A DNA stretch of 38,054 nt from Candidatus Omnitrophota bacterium. GTDB lineage: Bacteria; Omnitrophota; Gorgyraeia; Zapsychrales; Fredricksoniimonadaceae. Shown piece by piece: positions 1 to 9,530 of the stretch (its first letter is position 1; each line of letters opens with the position of its first letter). Both the position numbers and the translations under genes were made by a program. Where the stretch lies: the NCBI GenBank assembly GCA_015234065.1, contig JADFWS010000003.1:1-38054 (forward strand). The letters are read 5' to 3'. The notes beneath the pieces were generated by a model. The model was given only the letters and a program-made list of their open reading frames with translations, had not been told where the DNA came from and made no database searches.

Positions 1-21
1 CCCTCGTTCCTCCTGTTATCC

Positions 22-363
22 CTACAGATTAAACAACAGATCACGCAAATCCGGCGGCGTCTTGAGTTTATCATGCCCCTGCTCGACCCGCTCGACAATG
101 CCTTTGGCGATCTTTTTTATTTCTTCTTTTAACGGCTCTTGACTGCTGCCGCCCATTTTAAGCTTGGCCACGATCCCCATCAAACGGGTCGTTTCCCCCC
201 AGGAAATCGCATCACAGATCCGGCGAATATCTTCTTCCAGGAGGCTTTGCACATCCAATTTCTTGATCTTTTGAGCGATCGGAGAATCAACATCCAACTG
301 TTGAAGCCCTGACTTGGCCGCGCCCATCAACATCGACGCCATTTGTCCGCGCAAAGGGTTCAT
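22..363 (-). CDS. Hypothetical soluble, helical protein in the mam operon (113 aa)
   Basis: ATG at 363 lies 1 nt past the stop of the upstream gene (365). The track start at 411 overlaps that gene. An AGGAGG RBS near 9-14 on the minus strand shows the operon continues beyond the window. No recognisable domain. Confidence 0.6.
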   Translation of the reverse strand: MNPLRGQMASMLMGAAKSGLQQLDVDSPIAQKIKKLDVQSLLEEDIRRICDAISWGETTRLMGIVAKLKMGGSSQEPLKEEIKKIAKGIVERVEQGHDKLKTPPDLRDLLFNL

Positions 364-364
364 A

Positions 365-919
365 TTATTTCGGCTGCGGGATCGGAAGAAACCCGTCCAT
401 TTCGCCTTCACCGATAAAGATCACTGTATTTTTCTTGTGCGTTCCACGCATATAATCCAATTTATAGTCTTTTTCCGGCGGAGCTTTCACGAGCATATCC
501 TGGAACTGCGCCAGGCTTTCAATACTCTTCCCATTGAATGACAGGAGCATATCCCCGATCTTAAGGCCGGCCTTCTCAGCCCAGGAATTACCCATGATCC
601 CGGTCACCTTAACTTTGCCCCCATTGATCGCGATCACCTCGCACCCGAAATACTTGATGAGAACAGGCTTATCAGGCGCATCCGTAATCGCCGGAGCCGT
701 TGCAAACGCGGCCTGCGCCATAGCCGCGGGCTGCATCATCACCTGCTGGCCGCCAACGATCGGGCAAGGCGCTGCCGCCTGCTTGAACGCATCAACGGCC
801 TGGATCTCATGGAACGTATCTACGGCGACATCCTGCGTCTCCTGATGCGTAAAGATCGCGATCACCAGCATGCCCAGGAATCCCACCCCGCAGAGCCCGA
901 TAAAAATTTCTCTCTTCAT
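365..919 (-). CDS. Membrane-anchored single-PDZ protein, magnetosome-associated
   Basis: N-terminal TM, a Met/Gln/Ala-rich linker, then a PDZ signature (YFGCEV...VKVTGIMGNSWAEKAGLKIGDMLLSFNG). Confidence 0.75.
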   Translation of the reverse strand: MKREIFIGLCGVGFLGMLVIAIFTHQETQDVAVDTFHEIQAVDAFKQAAAPCPIVGGQQVMMQPAAMAQAAFATAPAITDAPDKPVLIKYFGCEVIAINGGKVKVTGIMGNSWAEKAGLKIGDMLLSFNGKSIESLAQFQDMLVKAPPEKDYKLDYMRGTHKKNTVIFIGEGEMDGFLPIPQPK

Positions 920-933
920 ACAAACCCTTTCTC

Positions 934-1119
934 TCAGTTACCCTGCGGTTGGTCCGCCCGGCCTGTCAAATAATAAAGAATGATCCCCAACACCGGCACG
1001 GCCAGCACAAGAACGATCCAGAGGATCTTTTTATCCAGGGACAAATACCCCTTCAGAATATCCACTAACGCAATGATCGCGATCAGGACATATAGAATAA
1101 AAACCAGTGAAAATTCCAT
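934..1119 (-). CDS. PLDc_N-type small two-TM membrane protein
   Basis: IALVDILK...KKILWIVLVLAVPVLGIILYYLTGR matches the phospholipase-D N-terminal hairpin pattern. AGGAG RBS upstream. Confidence 0.7.
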   Translation of the reverse strand: MEFSLVFILYVLIAIIALVDILKGYLSLDKKILWIVLVLAVPVLGIILYYLTGRADQPQGN

Positions 1120-1131
1120 TCCTAACTCCTT

Positions 1132-2190
1132 TTAACGCAAGAATAACTTGATCGCAAATACAACAAGAATAATAATAAACAGATACAACGTCACTTTGGT
1201 ATTCAGCTTGGAGGCAATACGCGCCCCGACCTGAGCGCCAACAACCACGCCCACGCCCATCCAGCCCGCTTCGTTATACATGACGTTGCCCAAAAAGATA
1301 TGCGGCAACAACGCCACTGCGCACGTAAGCAGGGTCACAAAGTGGCTCGTGGCTGTTGCTACGTGTGTCGGATAATACAATAAGAAGATCAGGATCGGCA
1401 CCTGGAACACGCCGCCGCCGATACCTAAAAAGCCGCAAAAGAAGCCCAACAGCAAATTCATGGAAATACCAAGTTTGTCGTTGGAATAGTAATCGTACTT
1501 GATCCCGAAATTATCCATGAATTTGACCCGGCGAAACCCTCCGGCCTTGGCCGCTTTCAGCTGTTTCTGTTTTTCATGGGCGTTCTTGTCCAGCTTGCCA
1601 ACACTAAAGAATGTATATCCGGCGAGAAACACCAGGAAAATACCAAAAATAATATCAAAAAAGGTCAGATTGACCAGGTGATGAATATAACTGGAAATGA
1701 ACGCTCCCGGCATAGCGGCCAGTGTGAACTTAATCCCGCCTTTATAATCGATGCGCTTTTGCATGGCATATCCGGCGCACCCGGAAAGCGCGTTCAGGAA
1801 CACAATAAAAAGCGATGTTGCCACCAGAAGCTCATTCTCCCAGCCGTAAAAGAATACCAGGATCGGGAGAATCAACGGGCCGCCGCCAATACCCACGATC
1901 GTGCCATAACATCCGATCGCAAAACCGACCAGCGCCAGAACCCAGAACGGCTGATCCGCAACCGGTGCGGCTGGAACAACAGCACCACCGGGCGTCACAA
2001 CCCCACCCTGTGTCTGCAGCGCCACGGCCATGGGCGTACGCGCCATTGTCGTCTGTATCGTCACCGGAACACGGCCTGTCGGATCCGGCGGCCGGAACAT
2101 TGCGAACAACGCCAGGATCACCACTAAAACACCGGCGCCCAGCTTCACATAATCAACACGCTGATCTGCCATGACCTTCTCGGAATCCAT
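1132..2190 (-). CDS. mamO: MamO C-terminal part (TauE/SafE family transporter), no protease domain
   Basis: Two TauE repeats (GTIVGIGGGPLILP; GFLGIGGGVFQVP, ATATS) after an N-terminal TM and linker, inside the mam operon. Confidence 0.75.
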   Translation of the reverse strand: MDSEKVMADQRVDYVKLGAGVLVVILALFAMFRPPDPTGRVPVTIQTTMARTPMAVALQTQGGVVTPGGAVVPAAPVADQPFWVLALVGFAIGCYGTIVGIGGGPLILPILVFFYGWENELLVATSLFIVFLNALSGCAGYAMQKRIDYKGGIKFTLAAMPGAFISSYIHHLVNLTFFDIIFGIFLVFLAGYTFFSVGKLDKNAHEKQKQLKAAKAGGFRRVKFMDNFGIKYDYYSNDKLGISMNLLLGFFCGFLGIGGGVFQVPILIFLLYYPTHVATATSHFVTLLTCAVALLPHIFLGNVMYNEAGWMGVGVVVGAQVGARIASKLNTKVTLYLFIIILVVFAIKLFLR

Positions 2191-2200
2191 GAAATACTCC

Positions 2201-4021
2201 TTACTGAGAATTACAAATTATAAAGATATACGCTGTTGAGATCACCAACAAAATAAGCGAGATCGGCAAACCGCGCCGGTTATAGCTCGCAAATGTCAGG
2301 CCTTCTTTGGAACGGCCGTCGAGTTTCGCCACATGTAACTCTTCGGTCAGCTGATGCGTGATCACACCGCCGCTCGCCGGCGTTAAACAGGTGCAGCTCC
2401 CCACCATGACGCCCAACGACAACGCCCACCACACGACATCCGTAAAGTCCGCAAACCCTGAATGCATGACCACCGGAATAAAGAACGCGGCCGCCGCGCC
2501 CGGATTCAAAAGGATCGTAAACGCCGCCACAAACCACAGCAAAAAGATCGGATATAATACCTTATTTCCCGCAGAAATGGACATAAGAATATCAGAAATA
2601 TTATTGAGCAGGCCCGAGTACACCGCACCGCCAACAATGATGAAAATAGCGATATAATAAATAGCGTCGATCAGGCGGACCTTGCGGATCACATGACGCG
2701 CCTTATGATGTTCAATGGCCAAAAGAAGGAACGCCCCACCGAGCGCGATCGGCGCCAGCTGGATCCGAAACACCGGCAGGACAAAAAACGCGGCAATAAC
2801 AGCGCCCAGCACATACAGCACCATCTTGACCGCAGGCCAGTCCATGTGCATGCCTTCCAGCTCATGCTCCACGCCCAGCAACAATACTTTTTCCTGCTTC
2901 ACAGACCGCAGGATCTTATGCTGCCTGAACTCTGTAAACCACATGTATGCCAATGATGCCAGAAAACACACGATCGTGATCGGCAATAAATAGATCAAGA
3001 AATCCAGAAATGTGATCCCGGTCACAGATGCAACCTGCATATTGGCAAAGCCGCCGATGGCCGTGGCAGTCGATCCGATATTCGCCGCAATGATCTCAAA
3101 GATCACGACCGGCACCGGATCAAACATCAGTGTTCTCGCCGCGTAGATCGTGATCGGAATCATGACCAATAAAAGGATCATCACGCGCAAGGACCCGGCG
3201 AACATGGAAAACAGGAATGTCATGACGCATAGCCCCATGAGGATCCTGACCTTATCCGCCTTAAAGAACACGATCATGCGCTTGGTCGCATACTGAAAGA
3301 ACCGCAGGTCTTCCAGAAACACGGCAAAAACGCCCATACCTAAAAAGATAAAGATCGGGCTCATCTTGATCGCATCAAACGCTTCGGACTGCTTGTAAAA
3401 ACCAAAAAGAGAGCCAGCCACAAGCATGACCACCGCACCGAGGATCGCGCACACGGTCCGGTCAAAAAGATTCAGGGATATCATGGCAAACGTTACCAGA
3501 ATAATAACAAGCGCGATCGCAATATTCCGGCCTTCAGGCGCGAAAATATCCAAACCCGTGGCTGCCGGGATCTTATTATTGATCGTAAGCATTTTGCCAT
3601 TACGCGACACAACGAACTGCACCGTATCGCCAGGCTTGCTGCTCGACATCAGAAATGCCAGATGATGCGCGGACTGCACATCCACATTGTTATATTTCAG
3701 GATAACATCCCCGCGGGTCAGGTCGAACAGGCGGCGCGCCGCACCTTTGGGCTCGCTGTTAATAAGAACACCCGCCGCATACGGAAGGTTGAAATCTTTC
3801 GCAATGATCGGATTTACCGTAATGACATCAAACTCAATGGCATTGCTGCCGCTCGTCTGCGCCAGGCGAGGCGCGCTCTGCGGCGCCATGTGCCGAGTAT
3901 CGATGAACATGGCCCCCAGGACAACGACCACGACCAGCGCTATCGCCGCCTCCACATAAGGAAAGCTCCGCAGACGCTCTAATTTGTCCGCGTTCATGAT
4001 CCCTCGTATGCTCAACGCCAT
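2201..4021 (-). CDS. mamN: MamN-like ArsB/NhaD (IT superfamily) permease with an N-terminal PDZ domain
   Basis: TM, then PDZ (AAGVLINSEP...RGDVILKYNN), then a multi-TM permease with AANIGSTATAIGGFAN and WWALSLGVMVGS motifs. Located between mamQ and mamO-Cter. Confidence 0.7.
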   Translation of the reverse strand: MALSIRGIMNADKLERLRSFPYVEAAIALVVVVVLGAMFIDTRHMAPQSAPRLAQTSGSNAIEFDVITVNPIIAKDFNLPYAAGVLINSEPKGAARRLFDLTRGDVILKYNNVDVQSAHHLAFLMSSSKPGDTVQFVVSRNGKMLTINNKIPAATGLDIFAPEGRNIAIALVIILVTFAMISLNLFDRTVCAILGAVVMLVAGSLFGFYKQSEAFDAIKMSPIFIFLGMGVFAVFLEDLRFFQYATKRMIVFFKADKVRILMGLCVMTFLFSMFAGSLRVMILLLVMIPITIYAARTLMFDPVPVVIFEIIAANIGSTATAIGGFANMQVASVTGITFLDFLIYLLPITIVCFLASLAYMWFTEFRQHKILRSVKQEKVLLLGVEHELEGMHMDWPAVKMVLYVLGAVIAAFFVLPVFRIQLAPIALGGAFLLLAIEHHKARHVIRKVRLIDAIYYIAIFIIVGGAVYSGLLNNISDILMSISAGNKVLYPIFLLWFVAAFTILLNPGAAAAFFIPVVMHSGFADFTDVVWWALSLGVMVGSCTCLTPASGGVITHQLTEELHVAKLDGRSKEGLTFASYNRRGLPISLILLVISTAYIFIICNSQ

Positions 4022-4054
4022 TGAATGCTCCTTGTATTTCCTGTTATCACTTCT

Positions 4055-4753
4055 TTAATATCTGATCCGGTTCGTCTGCGACACATCAGAATCCACAGAC
4101 ACATAATGGAACATGTTTTCACGATAACCGAAAATGAACGCATAAAAACATGCCGGGACCTGACGCACATACGCATGAAAAACACTGGCCGCATGGTTAT
4201 ACGCCAAACGGCGGTCTGCAATACGATCTTCACTGGTGATCAGCGCATCCATCAATTTCTGAAAATTGGCGCTCAATTTAAGTTCAGGATACGCTTCGGC
4301 CAATGCCATGAACTTGCCCGCGACCTGGTCCAAACTCCCCGCACCCTTGCTGTTCTTGACCATGTCCATAATGCCCGCATCTTTGAGCGCGTTCATCAGC
4401 AGTTCAGGATTCTTGAGCGTCTCTTCGCGCTTGTTCGTCACATACTGGAACATGGTGCGCTCGTGCTTCGCATAATCAATGACCGTGGTCGTCAAATTGA
4501 ACGACAGGTCTTTTCTGCGCTGAAGCATGACTTCGATCTGATGCTGTTCCATTTCCGTGAAACGGTGAAGCTCAATGAATTTATTGTAATAATACACGCC
4601 GGACAAAAGGATGACCGCCACACCGGCGCCGATCCAAATGGCCTGCTGACTTTTCAAATTCTCAAAGTCGATCTTCTGCCACCAGTGCTTCTCCGACGGC
4701 TTCAGCTCTTTTGCAAAAATCTTCTTGATCGTGTATGACGTTAATCTATTCAT
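4055..4753 (-). CDS. mamQ: Magnetosome protein MamQ (LemA family)
   Basis: LemA motifs (LQRRKDL, YAKHE, LAEAYPELKLSANF, EDRIADRRLAYN); next to mamA. Confidence 0.85.
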   Translation of the reverse strand: MNRLTSYTIKKIFAKELKPSEKHWWQKIDFENLKSQQAIWIGAGVAVILLSGVYYYNKFIELHRFTEMEQHQIEVMLQRRKDLSFNLTTTVIDYAKHERTMFQYVTNKREETLKNPELLMNALKDAGIMDMVKNSKGAGSLDQVAGKFMALAEAYPELKLSANFQKLMDALITSEDRIADRRLAYNHAASVFHAYVRQVPACFYAFIFGYRENMFHYVSVDSDVSQTNRIRY

Positions 4754-4768
4754 AAAGATTCCCTGAGT

Positions 4769-5509
4769 TTAGTCTTTCTTCCTCTTCTCCAAATCCATAG
4801 CCTTCTTAAAACAAACGATCGCGTCCTTATGATCACCGGAATTCTCGTACAGGAACCCGAGCGCGTGATAATACACCGACTCACGCGGATTAATATCGAT
4901 CGCCTTCTTATACATGGCCTTGGCATCTTCGACCTTGTCGGTCTTCTCGTAACAGGTGCCGAGATTATAATAATTATCTGCGACATCCGGCGTCATCTCG
5001 ATCAACTTTGTCAAATACGGCGTCGCATCCGCATACTGCTCCAGGTCAAGCAGGCAACCGGTCAGCGCGTGCATGATATCCGCATCCTCTGGCTTTATTT
5101 CCTCGGCCTTCTTGAAATACTCCACCGCCTCTTTAAACTCTTCCAGCTTTTCATGGCACTGCGCCATCAAAAACAACAACTCGGCATCATCCCCATGCCC
5201 CTTTGATATATAAGACTCAAAGAACTCAAGCGACTTGGTCCAATCACCTTTTTCAAAGAACTTGATGCCCTGCTCTTTATCGAAATCCTTGGTGATCTCC
5301 TCCGTATCTGCCACAAACAGCTTTTCATACGCATTGCCTAAACCCGCGACGATCTTGCCGCAGACATTCAGCGTTTTGTATGCCGCATAATTCAATTTCT
5401 TGCTGATCCCCAGGCTGCTTTCATCTTTTCTGGGGCGAGCCGCCTTCACCGGCGTTTCTGCCTCAACCTGCGGCGCTTCATGCTTTTTATGTCTTTTTAA
5501 CTCTTCCAT
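4769..5509 (-). CDS. mamA: Magnetosome TPR protein MamA
   Basis: Tandem TPR repeats (YYNLGTCYEK...AKAMYKKAIDINP; YYHALGFLYE...FKKAMDL). ATG at 5509 has an AGGAGG RBS, so the track start at 5584 was rejected. Confidence 0.85.
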   Translation of the reverse strand: MEELKRHKKHEAPQVEAETPVKAARPRKDESSLGISKKLNYAAYKTLNVCGKIVAGLGNAYEKLFVADTEEITKDFDKEQGIKFFEKGDWTKSLEFFESYISKGHGDDAELLFLMAQCHEKLEEFKEAVEYFKKAEEIKPEDADIMHALTGCLLDLEQYADATPYLTKLIEMTPDVADNYYNLGTCYEKTDKVEDAKAMYKKAIDINPRESVYYHALGFLYENSGDHKDAIVCFKKAMDLEKRKKD

Positions 5510-6467
5510 GCCGTCCTCCTGTGAATATAGATAATAAATTCGCCAAAGGATGTGCCGCTTCCTCGGGGCTGTCTGACACAACATGCTTCTCGTTCGGCGT
5601 CTCTTTACACGTAAAGGCGATATTCACTTCCTTGATCTGCGCGAAGCGGCGCATCAGCGCTGCGCGAGCTTCACGGGCGATCATGTGGCCTTCGGTAACT
5701 GTCTTTTTCGGATCAATAAATATCTCCATATCGATCCACGCTTCATGCCCGACCCGACGGGCATTGATATAATTGACACCTTTGACTTCGCGGTACTGAA
5801 GCACGGTCTTTTCGATCAGGCCACGCTTCTCCATAGGCAGCGATTCATCGATCAAGCTCTTGAAGGCCTCGATCCCGAGTTCGATCGCTGTCTTCGCAAT
5901 GATCAACCCGACGAGAACTGCCGCCAGCGAATCCAGGATCGGAAAACCGACATTCGCCATTACGATCCCGAACAAGACCGCGATCGACGAAATAAGGTCA
6001 GCCCGGTTCTCATTGGCATTCGCGATCATGGCCGGAGAATTAAGTTTTCTACCTGCGCAAAACCCGTAACCGGACAAAATATAGTTGGCAATGATCGAGA
6101 CCAGCGCACCAAAGAACGCAATAATATGCGGCGGATGGATCTGGCCGCTTAAAATAACCTCAACAGCGTCATACAAAATCAAAAGCGCAATACCCAGAAG
6201 GACCATGTACACAAGCGCCGCGCCTAAAAACTCAGCCTTGCCGTATCCCCAGGGATGCGTTTTATCTTCCTTCTTCCCGGAGATCGCGAGCGTCACAATA
6301 ACCATGAGCGTCGCGATCACGTCGGTGCCGGAATGGATCCCGTCCGCAATAAGCCCCTTGGACCCGGAAACATACCCGATATAAATTTTAAACAACGTCA
6401 ACGTCGAGTTTCCCAGGAAACATATCCAGGGAACGATCCGCCCGCATCTGACACATTTATCTTCCAT
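5487..6467 (-). CDS. mamB: Magnetosome CDF transporter MamB
   Basis: N-terminal CxxC (CVRC), TM2 ADGIHSGTD, HPWGYGK, NSPAMIANANENRAD and a C-terminal dimerisation domain, all MamB-like. Start placed at MEDK. Confidence 0.85.
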   Translation of the reverse strand: MEDKCVRCGRIVPWICFLGNSTLTLFKIYIGYVSGSKGLIADGIHSGTDVIATLMVIVTLAISGKKEDKTHPWGYGKAEFLGAALVYMVLLGIALLILYDAVEVILSGQIHPPHIIAFFGALVSIIANYILSGYGFCAGRKLNSPAMIANANENRADLISSIAVLFGIVMANVGFPILDSLAAVLVGLIIAKTAIELGIEAFKSLIDESLPMEKRGLIEKTVLQYREVKGVNYINARRVGHEAWIDMEIFIDPKKTVTEGHMIAREARAALMRRFAQIKEVNIAFTCKETPNEKHVVSDSPEEAAHPLANLLSIFTGGRHGRVKKT

Positions 6468-6470
6468 TAT

Positions 6471-6585
6471 CGTCATCCTGAGTCTCGCCGAAGGCGGACG
6501 AAGGATCCCCAACGTTTTTAGTTTCCAAGAATATTATGCCAACCAAACAATGCCGGAGATTCTTCGGCTTCGCCTCAGAATGACG
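6471..6585. repeat. CGTC-family REP dimer (REPIN-like inverted element)
   Basis: Left arm CGTCATCCTGAG...CGAAGGATCCCC (6471-6510); right arm GGAGATTCTTCGGCTTCGCCTCAGAATGACG (6555-6585), whose reverse complement is CGTCATTCTGAG...CGAAGAATCTCC. Confidence 0.75.
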
Positions 6586-6592
6586 TACTCTT

Positions 6593-7486
6593 TCAAACTT
6601 CAGCTGGCACGACCTGGATCATAATATTGCCGATATTCTTATCTTCACTGCGCAAATATGTTTTGATCGCCTGATTGATCCGTTTGGCTTCAAGCACTGT
6701 CAAATCCGCGTCCAACTGCATCAGGACATCCAGAACGATCTTGCGGCCTGTCTGACGTGCCCGGATATCTTCGATCTTGCGCACGCCCTTCACTTCAAGG
6801 ATATGTGCGCGGATCTTTTCTATATACTGCTCAGGCAGGCTCGTATCCATGATGCCCTTAACGCCGTCCATCAGGATAATGTAACTGCCATGAATAACAT
6901 GCACCGACTCAAAAATAGCGATCGCCGGATCCACCCAATGCATGCCCTTTTGCGCCACAATAACGCCGATCGCAACGAGCAACGATGAAATAACGTCAAT
7001 CTTATTATGTTCCGCATGCGCCTTGAGCACCGGGCTGTTCAGCTGTTTGGCCCCGCAATGCGAATATTTATACAACAAGCCGTTCACGATCGCGCTCAGG
7101 ATGGCCGTAAAGAATACGACCATATGCGGCACCACGATCACGCGCTTCGCGATCACGAATGTGGAACTTAAAATGATCGCCGCAGTACCCAAGATCATGA
7201 ACAAACTCATCACAGACTGGACGATGAATTCGATCTTGCCGTACCCGTACGGATAGCGCATGTTCGCCGGCCGCTTGGAATACCGCACCCCGATGATCGC
7301 CGCGATCGACGTGACAATATCGCTCAGGTTGCACATACCGCTGCCGATCAAGGCACGGCTGCGTCCGAGGAACCCTACAAAGAGCTTGAAGATCGCCAGG
7401 AAGAAATTCGCCAGCAGGCCGACAACGATCGTCCTGTTGGCACAGCCCTCACACTTCACCATGTCTTTATCAGCAGCAGGGCTCAT
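6593..7486 (-). CDS. mamM: Magnetosome CDF transporter MamM
   Basis: CEGC at the N-terminus, YPYGYGKIEF, PHMVVF, NSPVLKAHAEHNKID and MHWVDPAIAIFE resemble MamM motifs (PHLIVL, NSPLIK, WIDPAVALWE). Confidence 0.8.
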   Translation of the reverse strand: MSPAADKDMVKCEGCANRTIVVGLLANFFLAIFKLFVGFLGRSRALIGSGMCNLSDIVTSIAAIIGVRYSKRPANMRYPYGYGKIEFIVQSVMSLFMILGTAAIILSSTFVIAKRVIVVPHMVVFFTAILSAIVNGLLYKYSHCGAKQLNSPVLKAHAEHNKIDVISSLLVAIGVIVAQKGMHWVDPAIAIFESVHVIHGSYIILMDGVKGIMDTSLPEQYIEKIRAHILEVKGVRKIEDIRARQTGRKIVLDVLMQLDADLTVLEAKRINQAIKTYLRSEDKNIGNIMIQVVPAEV

Positions 7487-7755
7487 TCTTCTTCAAACAG
7501 CTCCTGTTCTTCTTCAGGAACCTCCTCAGACTTCCGCTTATCCCTGATCGCGGCGCCAACACGCGTCATCACGATCATGGACGTGATCGCGCCCATCATG
7601 TACGACCCGAAAATAATAAAGGTAAGCCCGATACGCTTTCCCCGGATGATCGGAAAGAATACCTGAACCGGCTCGAGGTTATCGACCACGAACATGATCA
7701 TACAGATCAGGATAAAAACCCCGATAACGATCTTTGCCACTGTTGCAAATTTCAT
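7483..7755 (-). CDS. mamL: MamL-like (LapA-type) small membrane protein
   Basis: TM, N-x3-V-x-V loop (VVDNLEPVQVFFP), second TM, basic patch (RDKRK), then an acidic tail. Between mamP and mamM. Confidence 0.6.
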   Translation of the reverse strand: MKFATVAKIVIGVFILICMIMFVVDNLEPVQVFFPIIRGKRIGLTFIIFGSYMMGAITSMIVMTRVGAAIRDKRKSEEVPEEEQELFEEE

Positions 7756-7779
7756 AATATTTCCCTTAAGGGCAAAGCC

Positions 7780-8979
7780 TTATTTCTTCAAAATAATATG
7801 GCACGTTTTACATTTTCCACGAAACTCGTGGGGCGCAACCGCAGCCTTCGTGATCGGCGGCGGGTTGGGCAGAATATCTCCGGCATCCGTCGGCAGCTGT
7901 CCGCCGGTCACCATAATGATATGACATGTGGTACACGGCTTGTTCCTGTTGCGGTGCGGCGGCAACGCTCCCGGCGTGATCGGCTGAGCCGCTTCATTCT
8001 GGGAAAACCCGAGCGTCCTCAAAGATGTGATCGTAAACTCAAATAACTGCCCGCGCCTGGATACAAGCACCTTGGCTTTATGCTCATTCTTGACCCTGCG
8101 GGTCGCTTCTGTGAACGCCAGGATATCCGGCGTTGAAATGCGCTCCACCGCCAAAACCACGTCCCCGGCTAAGATCCCGGACTCCGCAGATTCAAGCGAT
8201 ATTTCATCGACCAGAATGCCTTTGGCATCCGGCGCCAACTTAAATTCCGTGGCCAATTCAGGCGTGATCGGAATAACTTCAAGCCCCAGCCAATGGCCTT
8301 CGATCAATTCTTTTTGGGCAGCATTTTGTTCTTTCGGTGAAGGCAGGTTCTGGCCTGACGGCGCCCGTTGCGTATTCGCCGGATTAAGCGCCCTGGCTTC
8401 TGTCGTTTCCGCCGGTGACCGGTTCGCAAACGCGACCTGGGTCATGCCCGGTTCTGTGACAAACCCCGGCGTCGGAACAGATGCGGCACCATTGCCTATA
8501 CCTACCGTCTCTGTCTGAACCTGCGCGACAGGCTTATCAAGCCCTATAGCCTGCTTCAGCACATCATGAACACCCACTTTATTTTCCATGGTGATATACA
8601 ACGGCTGGCCCTGACGCGACACATCGAGCAATGCCCCATCTGCAATATTCGTGACCTTGGTCACATTCAGAAAATCGGAAAGATTTTTGATCTTCTTATT
8701 ATTGATGCCTTTTAGCACGTCCCCGGTGCGCACGCCCGCGTCATACGACGGAGACTCGCACCAGTTGACCACAACACCAACCTCTTCCTTCGGGATGTTA
8801 TGCTCCATCGCGATCGAGGGCGTGATATTGCTCACGGACATGCCCGCCCATTCCGCGTCACCCGCACCAATGTGCATAAGCGCCGCCGTAATGAGAAGCC
8901 CCAGGAAAGACAGCACGGCAATAAAGATGACTATCTGTTTCTTTTTTGTCTTGTATTCAATAATAGAAGGCGTGGACAT
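7780..8979 (-). CDS. mamP: MamP (PDZ plus two magnetochrome hemes) with an extra N-terminal PDZ
   Basis: EGHWLGLE PDZ start, and magnetochrome motifs PITPGALPPH...CTTCH and PPPITKAAVAPHEFRGKCKTCH. An additional PDZ begins at AEWAGMSV. Confidence 0.85.
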   Translation of the reverse strand: MSTPSIIEYKTKKKQIVIFIAVLSFLGLLITAALMHIGAGDAEWAGMSVSNITPSIAMEHNIPKEEVGVVVNWCESPSYDAGVRTGDVLKGINNKKIKNLSDFLNVTKVTNIADGALLDVSRQGQPLYITMENKVGVHDVLKQAIGLDKPVAQVQTETVGIGNGAASVPTPGFVTEPGMTQVAFANRSPAETTEARALNPANTQRAPSGQNLPSPKEQNAAQKELIEGHWLGLEVIPITPELATEFKLAPDAKGILVDEISLESAESGILAGDVVLAVERISTPDILAFTEATRRVKNEHKAKVLVSRRGQLFEFTITSLRTLGFSQNEAAQPITPGALPPHRNRNKPCTTCHIIMVTGGQLPTDAGDILPNPPPITKAAVAPHEFRGKCKTCHIILKK

Positions 8980-8987
8980 AGATTATT

Positions 8988-9266
8988 TTATTCTTCTTTT
9001 TTTGTCTCTGCGGCTTTGGTCTCAGACCCCACTTCAATACGTTCGATCGCGGTATGGCACTCGCGGCAAACCCATAACTGCCTCTTGGCGCTGACCATGT
9101 AGCCACCGATCAGCATGAGCGGAACGCCCAAGACCGGGCCGATCCAGAACAGCGTCGAAAGAATGCCGCCCACAAAAAGCACAGAACCAAATTTCTTATT
9201 AAACCTCGGGCCGGTATAAAGCTGCATTTCTCCACTGCAAAGATTACACGTCAACGCTTTTTTCAT
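8988..9266 (-). CDS. Small CxxC-hydrophobic hairpin-CxxC protein
   Basis: CNLC, about 30 hydrophobic/Gly residues, then CRECH. GGAG RBS; operonic. Confidence 0.7.
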   Translation of the reverse strand: MKKALTCNLCSGEMQLYTGPRFNKKFGSVLFVGGILSTLFWIGPVLGVPLMLIGGYMVSAKRQLWVCRECHTAIERIEVGSETKAAETKKEE

Positions 9267-9300
9267 GGATCAACTCCCGTATTAAAAATTGTACTGATGT

Positions 9301-9513
9301 TTACTGCTTGCCCGCGATCAGATCATCGATCGCCTTCTCTTTATCCGCATCGACGGCCTCTACGCTGGCTGCTGCTAACGGCTGTTCCGCAGGAGCTTCT
9401 TCTTTCGACGGCGCCGCACATGAAGACTTGCCTTTGCACAAATTCGCCAACATTGCACCCGCTGCCATGGATAACGCAATCACACCCATTGTGGTTAATG
9501 ATATCGGCTCCAT
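9301..9513 (-). CDS. Small single-TM protein with an acidic Ala/Pro tail
   Basis: GGAGG RBS, N-terminal hydrophobic stretch, fills the operon gap. Confidence 0.65.
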   Translation of the reverse strand: MEPISLTTMGVIALSMAAGAMLANLCKGKSSCAAPSKEEAPAEQPLAAASVEAVDADKEKAIDDLIAGKQ

Positions 9514-9530
9514 TTTATCCTCCCCGGTTA

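Noticed and set aside
6468-6512. N-terminal extension of MamB (MGILRPPSARLR) in the ORF track
   Set aside because: It is a translation of the REP arm; homology begins at MEDKC.
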